Shown here: positions 1-10,111 of the stretch, one piece after another
Layout: each line of letters starts with the position of its first letter
How positions within the stretch are numbered: the first letter of the stretch is position 1
Assembly: GCA_014237395.1 (NCBI GenBank)
Contig: JABZFP010000029.1
Location: forward strand, 50,537-114,536
DNA length: 64,000 bases
Origin: Desulfobacteraceae bacterium
GTDB taxonomy: Bacteria; Desulfobacterota; Desulfobacteria; Desulfobacterales; UBA5852
Direction of reading: 5' to 3'
Program-made: the position numbers and the translations under genes
Notes under the pieces: model-generated
Told to the model about the DNA's origin: nothing
Databases searched by the model: none
Seen by the model: only the letters and a program-made list of their open reading frames with translations

Positions 1-261
1 GTAGTCTTCATAAAAAGCCGCCAATTCGGTTTCAAACCCGTCGCCGCTCGAATCGACGAAGATCCGGTCATCCTTCTGCCGGAGGCCGGGCATCCCGGGC
101 GCAAACTGCGGCACCATGCCCTCCTCGGGGTGTACGGGAAGCTGGGCCCAAACCGGTATGCGCGGCGTGGCCTGCCATACCATGGCGGCGGCGGCCTGGT
201 GTTCGTCCACCGGCAGGCTGCCGATCAAAATAGGAAGACAATTGGGGTGAAACACGGTCAT
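1..261 (-). CDS. hypothetical protein, 5' part only (continues past window start)
   Basis: Absent from the ORF track because it has no stop in the window. My reverse-strand translation from ATG (261-259) reads MTVFHPNCLPILIGSLPVDEHQAAAAMVWQATPRIPVWAQLPVHPEEGMVPQFAPGMPGLRQKDDRIFVDSSGDGFETELAAFYEDY and stays open to nt 1. AGGAG RBS at 266-270 on the reverse strand. Confidence 0.5.
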   Translation of the reverse strand, partial: MTVFHPNCLPILIGSLPVDEHQAAAAMVWQATPRIPVWAQLPVHPEEGMVPQFAPGMPGLRQKDDRIFVDSSGDGFETELAAFYEDY

Positions 262-285
262 GGGATCTCCTAAGTGGTCCTGTTC

Positions 286-421
286 ATCAATACGGTAACG
301 CACCGAGATCGCCGAGGCGCCCGGGGGGCAAGGCGGGCGAAGCGAGAATACCAAGCGTATTGGAGCACCGCGCAACACAGCGGGTCGGGATGCATCGGCG
401 ATCGAATGCCAGCGTATTGAT
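286..421. repeat. structured palindromic repeat, copy R1 (diverged)
   Basis: Outer arms ATCAATACG (286-294) / CGTATTGAT (413-421). Inner arms GATCGCCGA (307-315) / TCGGCGATC (395-403). Central hairpin AATAC-caagc-GTATT (347-361). Family motifs caaggcg..gc.aagcg and gcaccgcgcaaca. Confidence 0.6.
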
Positions 422-647
422 AAATAGGGCCGCTAAGTTTCGAGGCGGCATGCAGGCCTGAAGTGCAACATCATCCTCATTTTTACGGAACTTGATCAGT
501 TATCACGGCCGAATGGGATTGACAAGATGGGGACGCCGCCAGAGCGCGAATGGGCCGTGTTGGCCGCCCATTCGCGATTGACATTGTATTCGGCACGGTG
601 ATATATTTTCCCAATTTAAAGCGCTGGCTAATCCCACAAGGTATTCC

Positions 648-1061
648 GTGGCCGATATTATTTCCATATGCGACAAGCTTGATCGCGCCAAATTGGAAAA
701 GGATGTAACGCTGGGGCGACGCAAACAGCGTGCGATCGAGCACCTTTTTCAACGGTCGTGCTGTGCGGTCGACTGTGAAAAATGCGGTCTGCCCGTCACC
801 AGGGCCTGTCCGAAGGACGCCGGCGAGACAAAACGCGATCATCGGGTTCCTTACCAGTTTTGTGACGACTGCACGGAAGAATTCATCGATTATATCGAGC
901 GCTTGAAAGGCCGGGGCGATCCGGATTGTTACTGGCGCAACGAGGCCTGGCTGGAAGTCTGGTCGACCTGGATCAACCACCGGGCCGCGCTGGACCGGCA
1001 TGCGCGTTCGAAGGAATTCGCCCGCCTGCTGAAGGAAGTGAAAGACATCACGTCTGAGTGA
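648..1061 (+). CDS. hypothetical Cys-rich cytoplasmic protein
   Basis: 137-aa ORF with a GTG start, directly upstream of tatA with its stop 11 nt before the tatA ATG. Contains [10 protein letters not shown] and CDDC motifs. I recognise no family. Confidence 0.55.
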   Translation: MADIISICDKLDRAKLEKDVTLGRRKQRAIEHLFQRSCCAVDCEKCGLPVTRACPKDAGETKRDHRVPYQFCDDCTEEFIDYIERLKGRGDPDCYWRNEAWLEVWSTWINHRAALDRHARSKEFARLLKEVKDITSE

Positions 1062-1072
1062 GAGGAGGTTGT

Positions 1073-1258
1073 ATGTTTGGAATTGGAATGCCTGAGCTGA
1101 TCATTATTCTGGTGATTATTCTGATCATCTTCGGCGCGGGAAAACTGCCGGAAATCGGCGCTGGAATGGGCAAAGCCATCAAAAGCTTCAAATCGGCAAC
1201 CGCCGACGACGATAAAAAAGAAACCGAAAAAATCGAAGACGATAAAAAAGACGCGTAG
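1073..1258 (+). CDS. tatA: twin-arginine translocase subunit TatA/E
   Basis: From ATG 1073 (RBS gaggagg, 1062-1068): [40 protein letters not shown]. This is the canonical TatA TM helix, hinge and amphipathic helix, followed by an acidic/Lys tail. Confidence 0.9.
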   Translation: MFGIGMPELIIILVIILIIFGAGKLPEIGAGMGKAIKSFKSATADDDKKETEKIEDDKKDA

Positions 1259-1299
1259 TTTTTTCGACGACCGCGTCCCCCTTTACCGCAGAAACCCGA

Positions 1300-1330
1300 C
1301 CCCGGCCGGTGGCCGGGGTTTGCTGTTTGT
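1300..1330 (+). terminator. rho-independent terminator after tatA
   Basis: Perfect 8-bp GC stem CCCCGGCC (1300-1307) / GGCCGGGG (1311-1318) with a 3-nt loop, followed by tttgctgtttgtt. Confidence 0.65.
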
Positions 1331-1388
1331 TGGCCGCCCGAGGCCGCCCCATCTTATGGATGCATGGGGTTTAATCCCGGGAACGGTC

Positions 1389-2015
1389 TTATTTCCCCTC
1401 GTCTGATCCCGTTTTCTTCGGACGACGTCTCCCGCCCAGCAGTTTTCGGATTTTTCGCACCACGATAAAACCCCCGATCGCCAGCAGAATGACAAAGACA
1501 ACATTAAAAAGCGGGAAATGATCATAGTCCCTGTCCACGGTGCGGAGACTGATGGCATTGGGAAACATTGAAAAAATGCGAATCCGCCAGCCGTAGTACT
1601 TGACCAGCACCCACGGCTTGTCCGGAACGGAGGCAAAGGCCTGGGCCTGGGCGGTCAGATCGGCGCTGTTGAACTTGAAATACGGCGGCCATCCCCACCC
1701 GGTATCTTCATTGCGAAACACCATGGTCTTCCCGTTGCGGGCCACCGAATTGATAAACCGGACATCATACGTATTGCCGGCGCCGCGCGCGGATGTATCC
1801 TGGGCACTTTTACTCACCACCTCCCCGCTCTCCCGGTCGACCCGCTTGACGTCGGTGCCGCTGATCTGCACCACGGCCGTGCGGGGAAGATTGTGGAACA
1901 AAAACAGGGCGATTGCGGCCACCAGCAAAACACCCGTGGCGATCTTTATCTTTTTGATTGTTGTCACACCGGACCTCCTTATCCCCGTTCCATGCAGGAT
2001 GCTGTGTCTCGCCAC
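1389..2015 (-). CDS. membrane protein (DUF1523-like)
   Basis: 208-aa ORF with an N-terminal TM (IATGVLLVAAIALFLF) and a C-terminal TM (FNVVFVILLAIGGFIVV) plus a basic tail. The family assignment is from memory. The start may be internal. Confidence 0.6.
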   Translation of the reverse strand: MARHSILHGTGIRRSGVTTIKKIKIATGVLLVAAIALFLFHNLPRTAVVQISGTDVKRVDRESGEVVSKSAQDTSARGAGNTYDVRFINSVARNGKTMVFRNEDTGWGWPPYFKFNSADLTAQAQAFASVPDKPWVLVKYYGWRIRIFSMFPNAISLRTVDRDYDHFPLFNVVFVILLAIGGFIVVRKIRKLLGGRRRPKKTGSDEGK

Positions 2016-2166
2016 ACCCTATTCCTGGGCGTCTTTGGCATCGAGCCAATCGCGTGCCGCGATCGGCAACACCGCCTCGAAACAAGACAAGCCTTTAACC
2101 GTGCAATAGATTAAAGGCCTGTTATTTTTAAGTAAACCAAACTTGCGGCACCAGCCCCGGAACGGC

Positions 2167-2643
2167 TCAGAAGGGGATGTCGTCGTCGGCATCGGGATAG
2201 GGCGGAGGGCTGTTGTAATCACCGCCGCCCGACGTGCCGCCGCCGGTATTCGCCTGGGGGCGTCGTCCGCCCGCGGCCGGTCCGCCGGCGCCACCTTCCC
2301 GGGGCCCCAGCATCTGCATGGTGCCGCGCATATCGACAACCACTTCGGTCGTGTAGCGGTCCTGGCCGTCCTTCCCTTGCCATTTTCGGGTTTGCAGCTT
2401 GCCTTCAATGTAAACCTGACGTCCTTTGGACAGGTACTCGCCACAGATTTCCGCCAGTTTCCCGAAAACGACCACCCGATGCCACTCGGTTTTTTCCCGC
2501 CGTTCACCAGAACTTTTATCGTTCCATGTTTCCGAGGTTGCAATGGAGAAATTGGCGATCGGCCGTCCATCGGTGGTATACCGGAGTTCGGGATCCTGAC
2601 CTAAATTACCTACTAAAATGACTTTGTTGATTCCGCCAGCCAT
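2167..2643 (-). CDS. ssb: single-stranded DNA-binding protein
   Basis: [23 protein letters not shown]..., a Gly-rich linker and the acidic tail DADDDIPF. True start is ATG at 2643, not the ORF-track start at 2754. Confidence 0.95.
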   Translation of the reverse strand: MAGGINKVILVGNLGQDPELRYTTDGRPIANFSIATSETWNDKSSGERREKTEWHRVVVFGKLAEICGEYLSKGRQVYIEGKLQTRKWQGKDGQDRYTTEVVVDMRGTMQMLGPREGGAGGPAAGGRRPQANTGGGTSGGGDYNSPPPYPDADDDIPF

Positions 2644-2908
2644 TGAAACCTCCAGAATTTTAAGAATTATCAGCAGTCTTACGCCACGTAACCCATAGCG
2701 GATGTCCCTGTTGATGTCAATGCTCACCGGGTTGACCGGGTTCTTCAATAGCATGCTGATCGCACATGCCGTTGGGTCATGGGGGCGGCCATACCCATAG
2801 AAGTTGCGGGTTGGATTCTTGTGCGATTTGTATTACACCGGCCTTCGGAAAACAGCAGATCAGCGTATCGTATTCACAACAGGGCCGTTTGGGCTCGCAG
2901 GAGAATGA

Positions 2909-3733
2909 ATGGCGAAAGGAAACACGCGGCGTGCTCGCCGTGAATTTTTCGGTTCCGCATCGATTCAACAACAGCTGCGCGCTGTCGGGCTTGATTCCTT
3001 TGAAGCCCTTTGGACACACGATGCCACCTGGGTGGAAGAACCCAACTTTAGACGTCAGGGCTGGAGCGGTGTCTGCCGCATCGAACTGGACAATGCGACG
3101 TCTTCTCCCATCGTGATGTATCTCAAGCGCCAGGAAAATCACGGCTACCGAAGTCTGGCAAACCCTTTTCGATACCAGCCGACAGCCTACCGTGAATATA
3201 AACGCCTTATGGCCATGCAAGCCGCCGGCATAACCTTACCGGATATCCTCTATTACGGCGAACGCCACAGCGGAAAAAACTTACAAGCCATCCTGATGAC
3301 GCGGGAAATCCCCTCCAGTATCCCACTGGATGATTATCTTGGTCTAACGCCGGAACGTGATCCCGCTGAAGTCGACCGGGTCATCCAGGACACGGCAACC
3401 TTGATCGCCAAGCTGCATCGCCACCACTTCCAGCACTGTGCGTTGTATGGTAAGCATGTATTGATCAGCGGCGTTGAAACGGCCGCAGGGGCCGGCAGCC
3501 GACTGGTGCCTTACCTGATCGATGTCGAAAAATCCCGTTGGCGGCTTTCCCGCATGGCGATCGCCGTGAGAGATCTGAACCAGTTCCAGCGCCGTGCGCC
3601 CTGGACGACGACGCAGTGGGACACGTTCCTGGTGCATTATATCGCTGCCTGTCAGATGGAACAGTTTAAACCTGTTTTGTCATGGCTCATTCAAAAAAAA
3701 GCCGCAAGCAAGCAGGCCCGACACCAGCTATAA
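2909..3733 (+). CDS. lipopolysaccharide kinase (InaA/Kdo/WaaP family) protein, paralog 1
   Basis: 274 aa with RRQGWSGVCRIEL, MYLKRQENH, YREYKRL and LYGKHVLI...YLIDVEKSR, which are typical of the LPS-kinase family. Paralog of 8432-9313. Confidence 0.8.
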   Translation: MAKGNTRRARREFFGSASIQQQLRAVGLDSFEALWTHDATWVEEPNFRRQGWSGVCRIELDNATSSPIVMYLKRQENHGYRSLANPFRYQPTAYREYKRLMAMQAAGITLPDILYYGERHSGKNLQAILMTREIPSSIPLDDYLGLTPERDPAEVDRVIQDTATLIAKLHRHHFQHCALYGKHVLISGVETAAGAGSRLVPYLIDVEKSRWRLSRMAIAVRDLNQFQRRAPWTTTQWDTFLVHYIAACQMEQFKPVLSWLIQKKAASKQARHQL

Positions 3734-3822
3734 GAGAAGACCTGACCGGAAATAGCGGTCCAGGCGGCGTCTCGCATGACGCAACCCCATCGCAAATGTG
3801 GCGGTAAAAAGGAATTTCGAAA

Positions 3823-4497
3823 ATGCGAATCCTCATTGTCGAAGACGACAAAACGATCGCCCACTTTATCGAAAAGGGCTTGAAAGAAGAAGGCTTTGCA
3901 GTCGACCATGTCGCCAATGGCGAGGACGGGCTGCACATGGCCCTGACCGAACCCTACGATGCCGCAATTCTCGACATCATGCTGCCCAAATTGGACGGCC
4001 TCACCGTACTCCAACGCATGCGTGAGAGCGGGGTCGCGACGCCGGTCCTTATCCTCAGCGCCAAACGGTCGGTCGATGACCGGGTCAAAGGCCTGCAAAG
4101 CGGCGGGGACGACTATCTGACCAAGCCTTTCGCATTTACCGAACTTGTCGCCCGCATCCGGGCCCTGCTACGGCGCTCGACGGGAACGGCCAACCCCACA
4201 TCGTTAAGCGCCGCCGACCTCACAATCGATCTTCTGACACGCGAGGTGACCCGTGGGGCCGACACGATCGAACTCCAACCCAAAGAATATGCCCTGCTGG
4301 AGTATCTCATGCACAACAAAGGGCGGGTGGTGACCAAAACCATGATCATCGAGCATGTCTGGAATTACAATTTCGATCCGGAAACCAATGTCGTGGAAGC
4401 CCGCATCTGCCGCTTGCGGGATAAAATCGACAAAGACCACGATCCCAAGCTGATTCATACCATCCGGGGGGCGGGCTATGTTCTTAAAAAAGATTAG
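3823..4497 (+). CDS. OmpR-family response regulator
   Basis: MRILIVEDD...DAAILDIMLPKLDG receiver domain plus a winged-helix C-terminus (LTxREYALLEYLMHNKGRVVTK...IHTIRGAGYVL). Confidence 0.92.
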   Translation: MRILIVEDDKTIAHFIEKGLKEEGFAVDHVANGEDGLHMALTEPYDAAILDIMLPKLDGLTVLQRMRESGVATPVLILSAKRSVDDRVKGLQSGGDDYLTKPFAFTELVARIRALLRRSTGTANPTSLSAADLTIDLLTREVTRGADTIELQPKEYALLEYLMHNKGRVVTKTMIIEHVWNYNFDPETNVVEARICRLRDKIDKDHDPKLIHTIRGAGYVLKKD

Positions 4498-5896
4498 CCG
4501 CCTGCGCCACTACCTGAAAATCAAACTGACGCTGTGGTATACCGGGGTCCTTACCCTGACCCTGCTGGTGGCGCTCTTTTTTCTCTACTCCTCCGTAGGA
4601 AGCTATTTTATAAAAAGTAAAGACACCGCCATCCGCAATGAATACAAAGAATTCCAGATCATTTTTCAGGAAGGGGGAGTCCCCGCCGTGCTACGCGAGG
4701 CAACCCTCGAATCCGGCACCGAAGGCATCGACAATGTCTTTTTCAGACTCCTGACGCCGGAGGGGCAAGCCGTTGCCCAGTCGAACATGGCCAATTGGGA
4801 ATCCTTGACCGCACCGGACCCATTGATAATCGCACAACTCAATGGGATGCCCTATCAGATCGTGACCATCCTGGCTCCCGGACACCATCACCATGTCCGC
4901 ATTCTGACAGGGCGGATAGGAACCGACTATATCATGCAAATCGGCCATTCTCTGAAATACGATGAGCGGTTTCTGCATGACCTGAAGGATATCTTCGTTG
5001 TGTTGGCAGCAGGGGCAGTCCTGGCCGGGATTGTTTGCGGGGGGTTTATCTCCTGGAAGGCCACGGCCGGCATCAATGATATTACGAACGCCAGCCGGAT
5101 CATTGCCCAGGGGCAGTTTGATACACGGGTCCCCACCCGGAACATGAAGGGCGACGTCGAGAATCTGGCGGTCGCCTTTAACACCATGCTGGACCGCATC
5201 CAGGCCCTTGTTGCCGGCATGCAGGAAGTGACGGACAACATCGCCCACGATCTTCGCAGCCCGATTGCCCGCATCCGCACGGCCGCGGAGCTCGCGCTGC
5301 ATGACGTAAAGGATCCGGAGGAATACACCGCGGTAATGGCCCATACCATCAGGGAATGCGACCGTCTGCTATCCCTCGTAGAGACCATGCTCTTCATCTC
5401 CGAGGTCGAATCCGGCACACGGCCATCCCGGAAGGAGGACGTCGACCTCGCCTTTCTCGTCCACGAGGCCTGCGATCTGTTTCAACCTCTGGCGGAAGAC
5501 AAACGCATTGCCTTGTCCGTGCAGCAAAGTACCCCCACCTGTCATATCGCGGGTGAACCGGCCACCTTGCAACGCATGATCGCCAATCTGCTGGACAATG
5601 CCCTTAAATATACTGAGAAGGATGGCCGCGTCACCGTGCGGCTGGAAGCCGTGCACAACGAAGCGATCCTCGTCTTCGAGGACAATGGCATGGGCATTTC
5701 CCCGGAAAACCTGCCCCACATTTTCGGTCGATTTTACCGCTGCGACAAAAGCCGCCACCAGAGCGGCACAGGCCTTGGCCTCAACCTGGCGCGTGCCATT
5801 GTCCTTGAGCATGGCGGCGACATCCATGTTTCGAGTCAATACGGTCAGGGTACGGTCGTTACCGTCAGACTGCCGCAAACGCGCACCACATCATAA
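4478..5896 (+). CDS. sensor histidine kinase (TM-HAMP-HisKA-HATPase)
   Basis: 472 aa. H-box HDLRSPIARI, N box LLDNALKYT, and G boxes DNGMGI / GTGLGLNLA. Overlaps the regulator gene by 20 nt. Confidence 0.92.
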   Translation: MFLKKISRLRHYLKIKLTLWYTGVLTLTLLVALFFLYSSVGSYFIKSKDTAIRNEYKEFQIIFQEGGVPAVLREATLESGTEGIDNVFFRLLTPEGQAVAQSNMANWESLTAPDPLIIAQLNGMPYQIVTILAPGHHHHVRILTGRIGTDYIMQIGHSLKYDERFLHDLKDIFVVLAAGAVLAGIVCGGFISWKATAGINDITNASRIIAQGQFDTRVPTRNMKGDVENLAVAFNTMLDRIQALVAGMQEVTDNIAHDLRSPIARIRTAAELALHDVKDPEEYTAVMAHTIRECDRLLSLVETMLFISEVESGTRPSRKEDVDLAFLVHEACDLFQPLAEDKRIALSVQQSTPTCHIAGEPATLQRMIANLLDNALKYTEKDGRVTVRLEAVHNEAILVFEDNGMGISPENLPHIFGRFYRCDKSRHQSGTGLGLNLARAIVLEHGGDIHVSSQYGQGTVVTVRLPQTRTTS

Positions 5897-6112
5897 TACC
5901 AAGGGCCGAAAAACTCGCTTTGTAAAGGCAGCGAGAGCTACCGCCATCCAGCCTGCCTCCCGCCGATCTTGCCCCCCTGAACCCACCACCATTGAAGATG
6001 ACCAATTAGTAATCTTTTGATCATGAAGCGGTCATTCCCACTGCGCTAAACTCCCTTTTCGTTAAACGATTGTTACCCGTTTCCCGACACAAAGGATAGC
6101 TTCGGATTCCGA

Positions 6113-7747
6113 ATGATTCCGAGGCCAGCGCATATGGATGCCATTCGCAATTTTAACCGCGACCGCAAAATCGATCGCTACGCCCTGCTCGGGCTGGTGC
6201 TGTTGGGGTTCATGTTCTGGGGCGCACGGTCGCTGTGGGACAGCAGTGAAGCCCGCTACGGGCAGGTGGCCTTCGAAATGCTCACCCACGGCAACTGGCT
6301 GGTGCCCACCCTGGCTGGCGAACCCCATCTGACCAAACCGCCCTTCAGCTATTGGATGATCGCTGCAGGCATGAAGCTTTTCGGCATCAATGCCTGGGGG
6401 GCTCGCTTTTTCCTTTCCGCATTTTTTACCGGCACCCTGTTCTGCATCCGGGAGCTGGCCCGAACCATGGGGTCCGGCCGCAAGGAAGCCCTGACGGCAG
6501 CCGTAATCTTCGGCACGTCGCTGGTGCCTTTTGTCGGGGGGCACACCCTTACGACGGACACGTTTCTTGCCTTCTGGGAAACCCTCGGCATTCTGGCTGC
6601 CTGGAAAATCTGGACAAGTCATGGTCACCACTTACGCCTCTGGCAGCTCATCTTCTGGGGGGCCTTCGGTATGGGCTTTTTCACCAAGGGTCCGCCCGCC
6701 TGGCTGCCTTTGATACCCATTGCCGTCTATCTCGGGATGCGCCGCGGCAATCACCAGAGACCTTCTTTGGTGTCGTTGCCCGGCATCATCCTTTTTTTGG
6801 TGCTTTCCTTCTGGTGGTTCGCGGCCCTGATCGCCCGCGACCCCGGCCTCCTGTCGTATTTCATCGGCGATGAACTGGTCGGACGTTTTGCCAGCACCAT
6901 GCATGATCGCAACGACCCGTTCTGGCTCTATGCACCGGTGATTCTTCTCGGGGTCGGCCCCTGGATGGTGCTATGGCCCGGCGTTATTGCCGGAACCTTC
7001 GCCAAGCTTCGAAAAAGGGCACACCCCTTACAAGACCACCATTTGTTTCTACTCCTGTGGGTCATGATCCCCCTGGGGGTATTCACCCTGTCGCAGTCCC
7101 GCATGCCCCTCTACGTGCTGCCGCTTTTTGTACCGCTTTCCATCGTGATGGCCAGAATCGGTTGCTGCGGCGTATTCCCAAGGCTGCAGGCTTCACCCGC
7201 AAAACATCGTGCAGCGACAGTCGGCATAGCCCTCTGGGTGCTGGTGCTGGTCATTTTCACCGCCTATCCGGACGGTTCTCCCGGCGCCCGCAGCCGCCGC
7301 CCGGCCGCAGAGGTTTTCGCCCAGGCCCTCGCTCGCATCAAGGAACCGTGCACCTTGTACTGGGTTTCCGCCGGACGCCAGAAATACTCGATCCCGTTTT
7401 ACATGCAGCGGATTATTTCGAATACTGAACAGTTTGATCGGCACGCGACCGCCACGGCTCCAAGGCCAGAGTTTAAAAATCGCGTGTTTTACATCACCAA
7501 AACACACCTGTTGCCAAGATTGGGGCAGACGACCGACCCGCCGGTCGTCCATGCCAAAGCCCTTGGTTATGCCTTGGTCGAATGGCCTCAACAGCCCCTA
7601 TCGACCGGACGTCTGGCAAATCCGGCCGACACCTCGAATGTCGGCACAATTAAGTTCGACGATACCCGACGACACGCGTTTCATGCCCCGCCCCATAGTG
7701 GGCTGTATGCCGCGTTGTTATGGATACTCGCAAACAGCCGCCATTGA
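6113..7747 (+). CDS. ArnT-like (GT39/GT83, PMT_2) polyprenyl-phosphate-sugar dependent [19 protein letters not shown]
   Basis: 544-aa polytopic protein. N-terminal SSEARYGQVAFEML..GNWLVPTLAGEPHLTKPPFSYWMIA is the ArnT/PMT signature loop. Confidence 0.85.
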   Translation: MIPRPAHMDAIRNFNRDRKIDRYALLGLVLLGFMFWGARSLWDSSEARYGQVAFEMLTHGNWLVPTLAGEPHLTKPPFSYWMIAAGMKLFGINAWGARFFLSAFFTGTLFCIRELARTMGSGRKEALTAAVIFGTSLVPFVGGHTLTTDTFLAFWETLGILAAWKIWTSHGHHLRLWQLIFWGAFGMGFFTKGPPAWLPLIPIAVYLGMRRGNHQRPSLVSLPGIILFLVLSFWWFAALIARDPGLLSYFIGDELVGRFASTMHDRNDPFWLYAPVILLGVGPWMVLWPGVIAGTFAKLRKRAHPLQDHHLFLLLWVMIPLGVFTLSQSRMPLYVLPLFVPLSIVMARIGCCGVFPRLQASPAKHRAATVGIALWVLVLVIFTAYPDGSPGARSRRPAAEVFAQALARIKEPCTLYWVSAGRQKYSIPFYMQRIISNTEQFDRHATATAPRPEFKNRVFYITKTHLLPRLGQTTDPPVVHAKALGYALVEWPQQPLSTGRLANPADTSNVGTIKFDDTRRHAFHAPPHSGLYAALLWILANSRH

Positions 7748-7785
7748 TCAGGCCAATGCCGCCAATGGTTAAAAAAGGACATATT

Positions 7786-8457
7786 ATGCATACCCCTGAA
7801 TTGACATTTTCATCCAAATACACCTTCAAACACGCGCTCAAATACCACGACAAGCACCGCAACACACTTGGCCATCGTCTGTCGAATTGGCGCGAACAGC
7901 GGATGGCCGCCCGGGCCCTGGCCTTAGCAGGTGATCCCGCAATCGTGCTGGATCTGCCCTGCGGGACCGGGCGTTTCTGGCCCTTGCTGGCCCGTCAAGA
8001 GGCGCGCACGATACTGGCTGCCGACAACAGCGAGGCCATGCTGTCGGTCGCCCGCGAGGTAAACCCGCCCGAGCTGTTGGCCCGGGTAAAAACCTTTCCG
8101 TGTTCCGCCTTCGACATCCCGATGGAAGACACCAGCGTGGACCTCATCTTCTGCATGCGCCTTCTGCATCATATCACCCGGCCGGAGGATCGCGTGGCGA
8201 TGTTAAAGGAATTCCATCGCGTAACACGCGATACGGTGGTCGTATCGCTATGGGTGGACGGCAACTATAAAGCCCTCCAGCGACGGAAATTGGAAGCACG
8301 CCGGACCCACAAGACCTATCAAAATCGCATCGTTCTCGAGCGCGCGGTTGTCGAGCGCGAATTTGCCGATGCCGGGTTCGTGATCGCCAGCCATATCGAT
8401 TTCCTGAAATTCTACGCCATGTGGAGGGTCTATGTTCTCAAAAAAAGCGCCCCATGA
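7786..8457 (+). CDS. class I SAM-dependent [17 protein letters not shown]
   Basis: Motif I VLDLPCGTGRFW. The ORF track starts at 7720, but ATG 7786 avoids overlap with the upstream gene. Confidence 0.8.
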   Translation: MHTPELTFSSKYTFKHALKYHDKHRNTLGHRLSNWREQRMAARALALAGDPAIVLDLPCGTGRFWPLLARQEARTILAADNSEAMLSVAREVNPPELLARVKTFPCSAFDIPMEDTSVDLIFCMRLLHHITRPEDRVAMLKEFHRVTRDTVVVSLWVDGNYKALQRRKLEARRTHKTYQNRIVLERAVVEREFADAGFVIASHIDFLKFYAMWRVYVLKKSAP

Positions 8458-9313
8458 CGTCTACGAAGTGTTCGGATCGGCTGCCGATCGGGAACGGCTG
8501 CGGATCAGCGAACTCGATGACTTCGAAGCCCTCTGGTCCGTCACGGCCGCCTGGGTGGAAGCGCCCAACTACCGACGTCGGGGGTGGAGCGGTGTTTGCC
8601 GAATCGAATTACAGAATTCACCGCAGGCGCCGTCCGGTGTCTATCTCAAGCGCCAGGAAGGGCATTGCTACCGGAGCACCCGCCCCCCATTTCATATGAA
8701 ACCAACGGCCTATCGTGAATACCGTAATCTTTTTAAAATGCAAACGCATGGCATCGCGGTGCCGGAAGTCCTCTATTACGGTGAACGAAAGGTTGGAAAA
8801 ATCTGGCAGGCGATACTGGTAACGAAGGAAATACCCCAAAGCATCTCTTTGGAAACTTACATGCGTCTATCTTCCGAACGCCCTCCGTCCGAGGTCAGCG
8901 GCATCCTTCAGGACACGAGTGCTTTGATCGGCCGTCTACATCAACGACATTTGGAGCATGGGGCCCTGTATGGCAAACACATCCTGCTCAGCGGCTTTGT
9001 TAACAATCCGTCGAGCGCCCCGCCGGCAGGCCAAACACTTGTGCCATACCTGATCGATCTCGAAAAAGCCCGCTTCCGGTTGGCGCGATGGCGTATAGCC
9101 GTCCACGACCTGAACCAGCTGTTTCGCCATATGGCCTGGGAAGCATCAACCTGGAAGACATTTCTGGATCACTATATGGCCGTGGTTCGCATGAAAAGGA
9201 TTGGCCCCTGCCTATCGCGCCAGATTACCCGGGAAGCGCATCGTAAACAGGTGAATCACAGGCGCCACCACAGGCTGTCAATCCGACCATTACCTGGAAA
9301 CCGATCTTCTTAA
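8432..9313 (+). CDS. lipopolysaccharide kinase (InaA/Kdo/WaaP family) protein, paralog 2
   Basis: 293 aa with RRRGWSGVCRIEL, VYLKRQEGH, YREYRNL and LYGKHILL...YLIDLEKAR. Collinear with 2909-3733. Confidence 0.8.
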   Translation: MFSKKAPHDVYEVFGSAADRERLRISELDDFEALWSVTAAWVEAPNYRRRGWSGVCRIELQNSPQAPSGVYLKRQEGHCYRSTRPPFHMKPTAYREYRNLFKMQTHGIAVPEVLYYGERKVGKIWQAILVTKEIPQSISLETYMRLSSERPPSEVSGILQDTSALIGRLHQRHLEHGALYGKHILLSGFVNNPSSAPPAGQTLVPYLIDLEKARFRLARWRIAVHDLNQLFRHMAWEASTWKTFLDHYMAVVRMKRIGPCLSRQITREAHRKQVNHRRHHRLSIRPLPGNRSS

Positions 9314-9349
9314 CCGATCCCGGATAACAGCGATCATTCAGGTTAAACG

Positions 9350-10111
9350 ATGACATCAATAAACGTCCGCACAGCACCGCTCCTCAGTCTCGTTATCCCC
9401 TTTTATAACGAGAGCAGTTGCATCGATTGCGTCTGCAGCGAGTTGCATCAGGTCTTGTCGGAAAATGCCGGCAGCATCCCAACCTGGGAATGCATCCTGG
9501 TGGATGACGGATCCCGGGACCGGACCGGCAATATGATCGAGGACTGGGCCACGCGTCACGCCCACTTCCGGGCTGTTCATCTCACCCCCAACAGCGGACA
9601 ATCCGCGGCCCTGCAAGCCGGCTTTCAGGCCGCCCGGGGCCTCTACGTCGCGACAATGGACGGTGACGGTCAGAACGATCCTCGGGACCTGATCCTTCTT
9701 TTGGGCGAGCTGCAGCGCCGCCAGGTCGACATGATGTGCGGCATCCGGGAACGGCGCGCCGACAACTTGATTCGCAAGGCTTCCAGCCGTATCGCCAACC
9801 GCGTGCGACGCGCCATCCTGCGGGACGGCATCACGGACGTCGGCTGCGCCATCCGCGTCTTCCGCCGGGACTGCCTGCCGTATGTGCCTTTTTTTCGCAA
9901 TGCCCACCGGTTTTTTCCGGCGCTTGTCATGGCGGCCGGCTACCGCGTGGCGGAAACATCCGTCCGGCACCGCCCCCGCTTGAAGGGCACCAGCAAATAC
10001 GGCACGGGCATCAACAACCGCTTGTGGGTCGGCCTGGCGGATCTGGCCGGTGTCTATTGGCTGCGCCGGCGTGCGCTGCCTTATCACATTTCCGAAACGA
10101 TGAAGGAATGA
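9350..10111 (+). CDS. family-2 [19 protein letters not shown], ArnC/GtrB/Dpm1-like polyprenyl-phosphate [19 protein letters not shown]
   Basis: LSLVIPFYNE...ILVDDGSRD...MDGDGQNDP...GIRERRAD motifs. Confidence 0.85.
   Translation: MTSINVRTAPLLSLVIPFYNESSCIDCVCSELHQVLSENAGSIPTWECILVDDGSRDRTGNMIEDWATRHAHFRAVHLTPNSGQSAALQAGFQAARGLYVATMDGDGQNDPRDLILLLGELQRRQVDMMCGIRERRADNLIRKASSRIANRVRRAILRDGITDVGCAIRVFRRDCLPYVPFFRNAHRFFPALVMAAGYRVAETSVRHRPRLKGTSKYGTGINNRLWVGLADLAGVYWLRRRALPYHISETMKE

Noticed and set aside
483-1001. 172-aa minus-strand ORF overlapping the Cys-rich gene upstream of tatA.
   Set aside because: It overlaps the plus-strand ORF that is positioned and phased with tatA. Its translation is Pro/Arg/Ala-rich with no features. 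Either call is weak, and I kept the plus-strand one.
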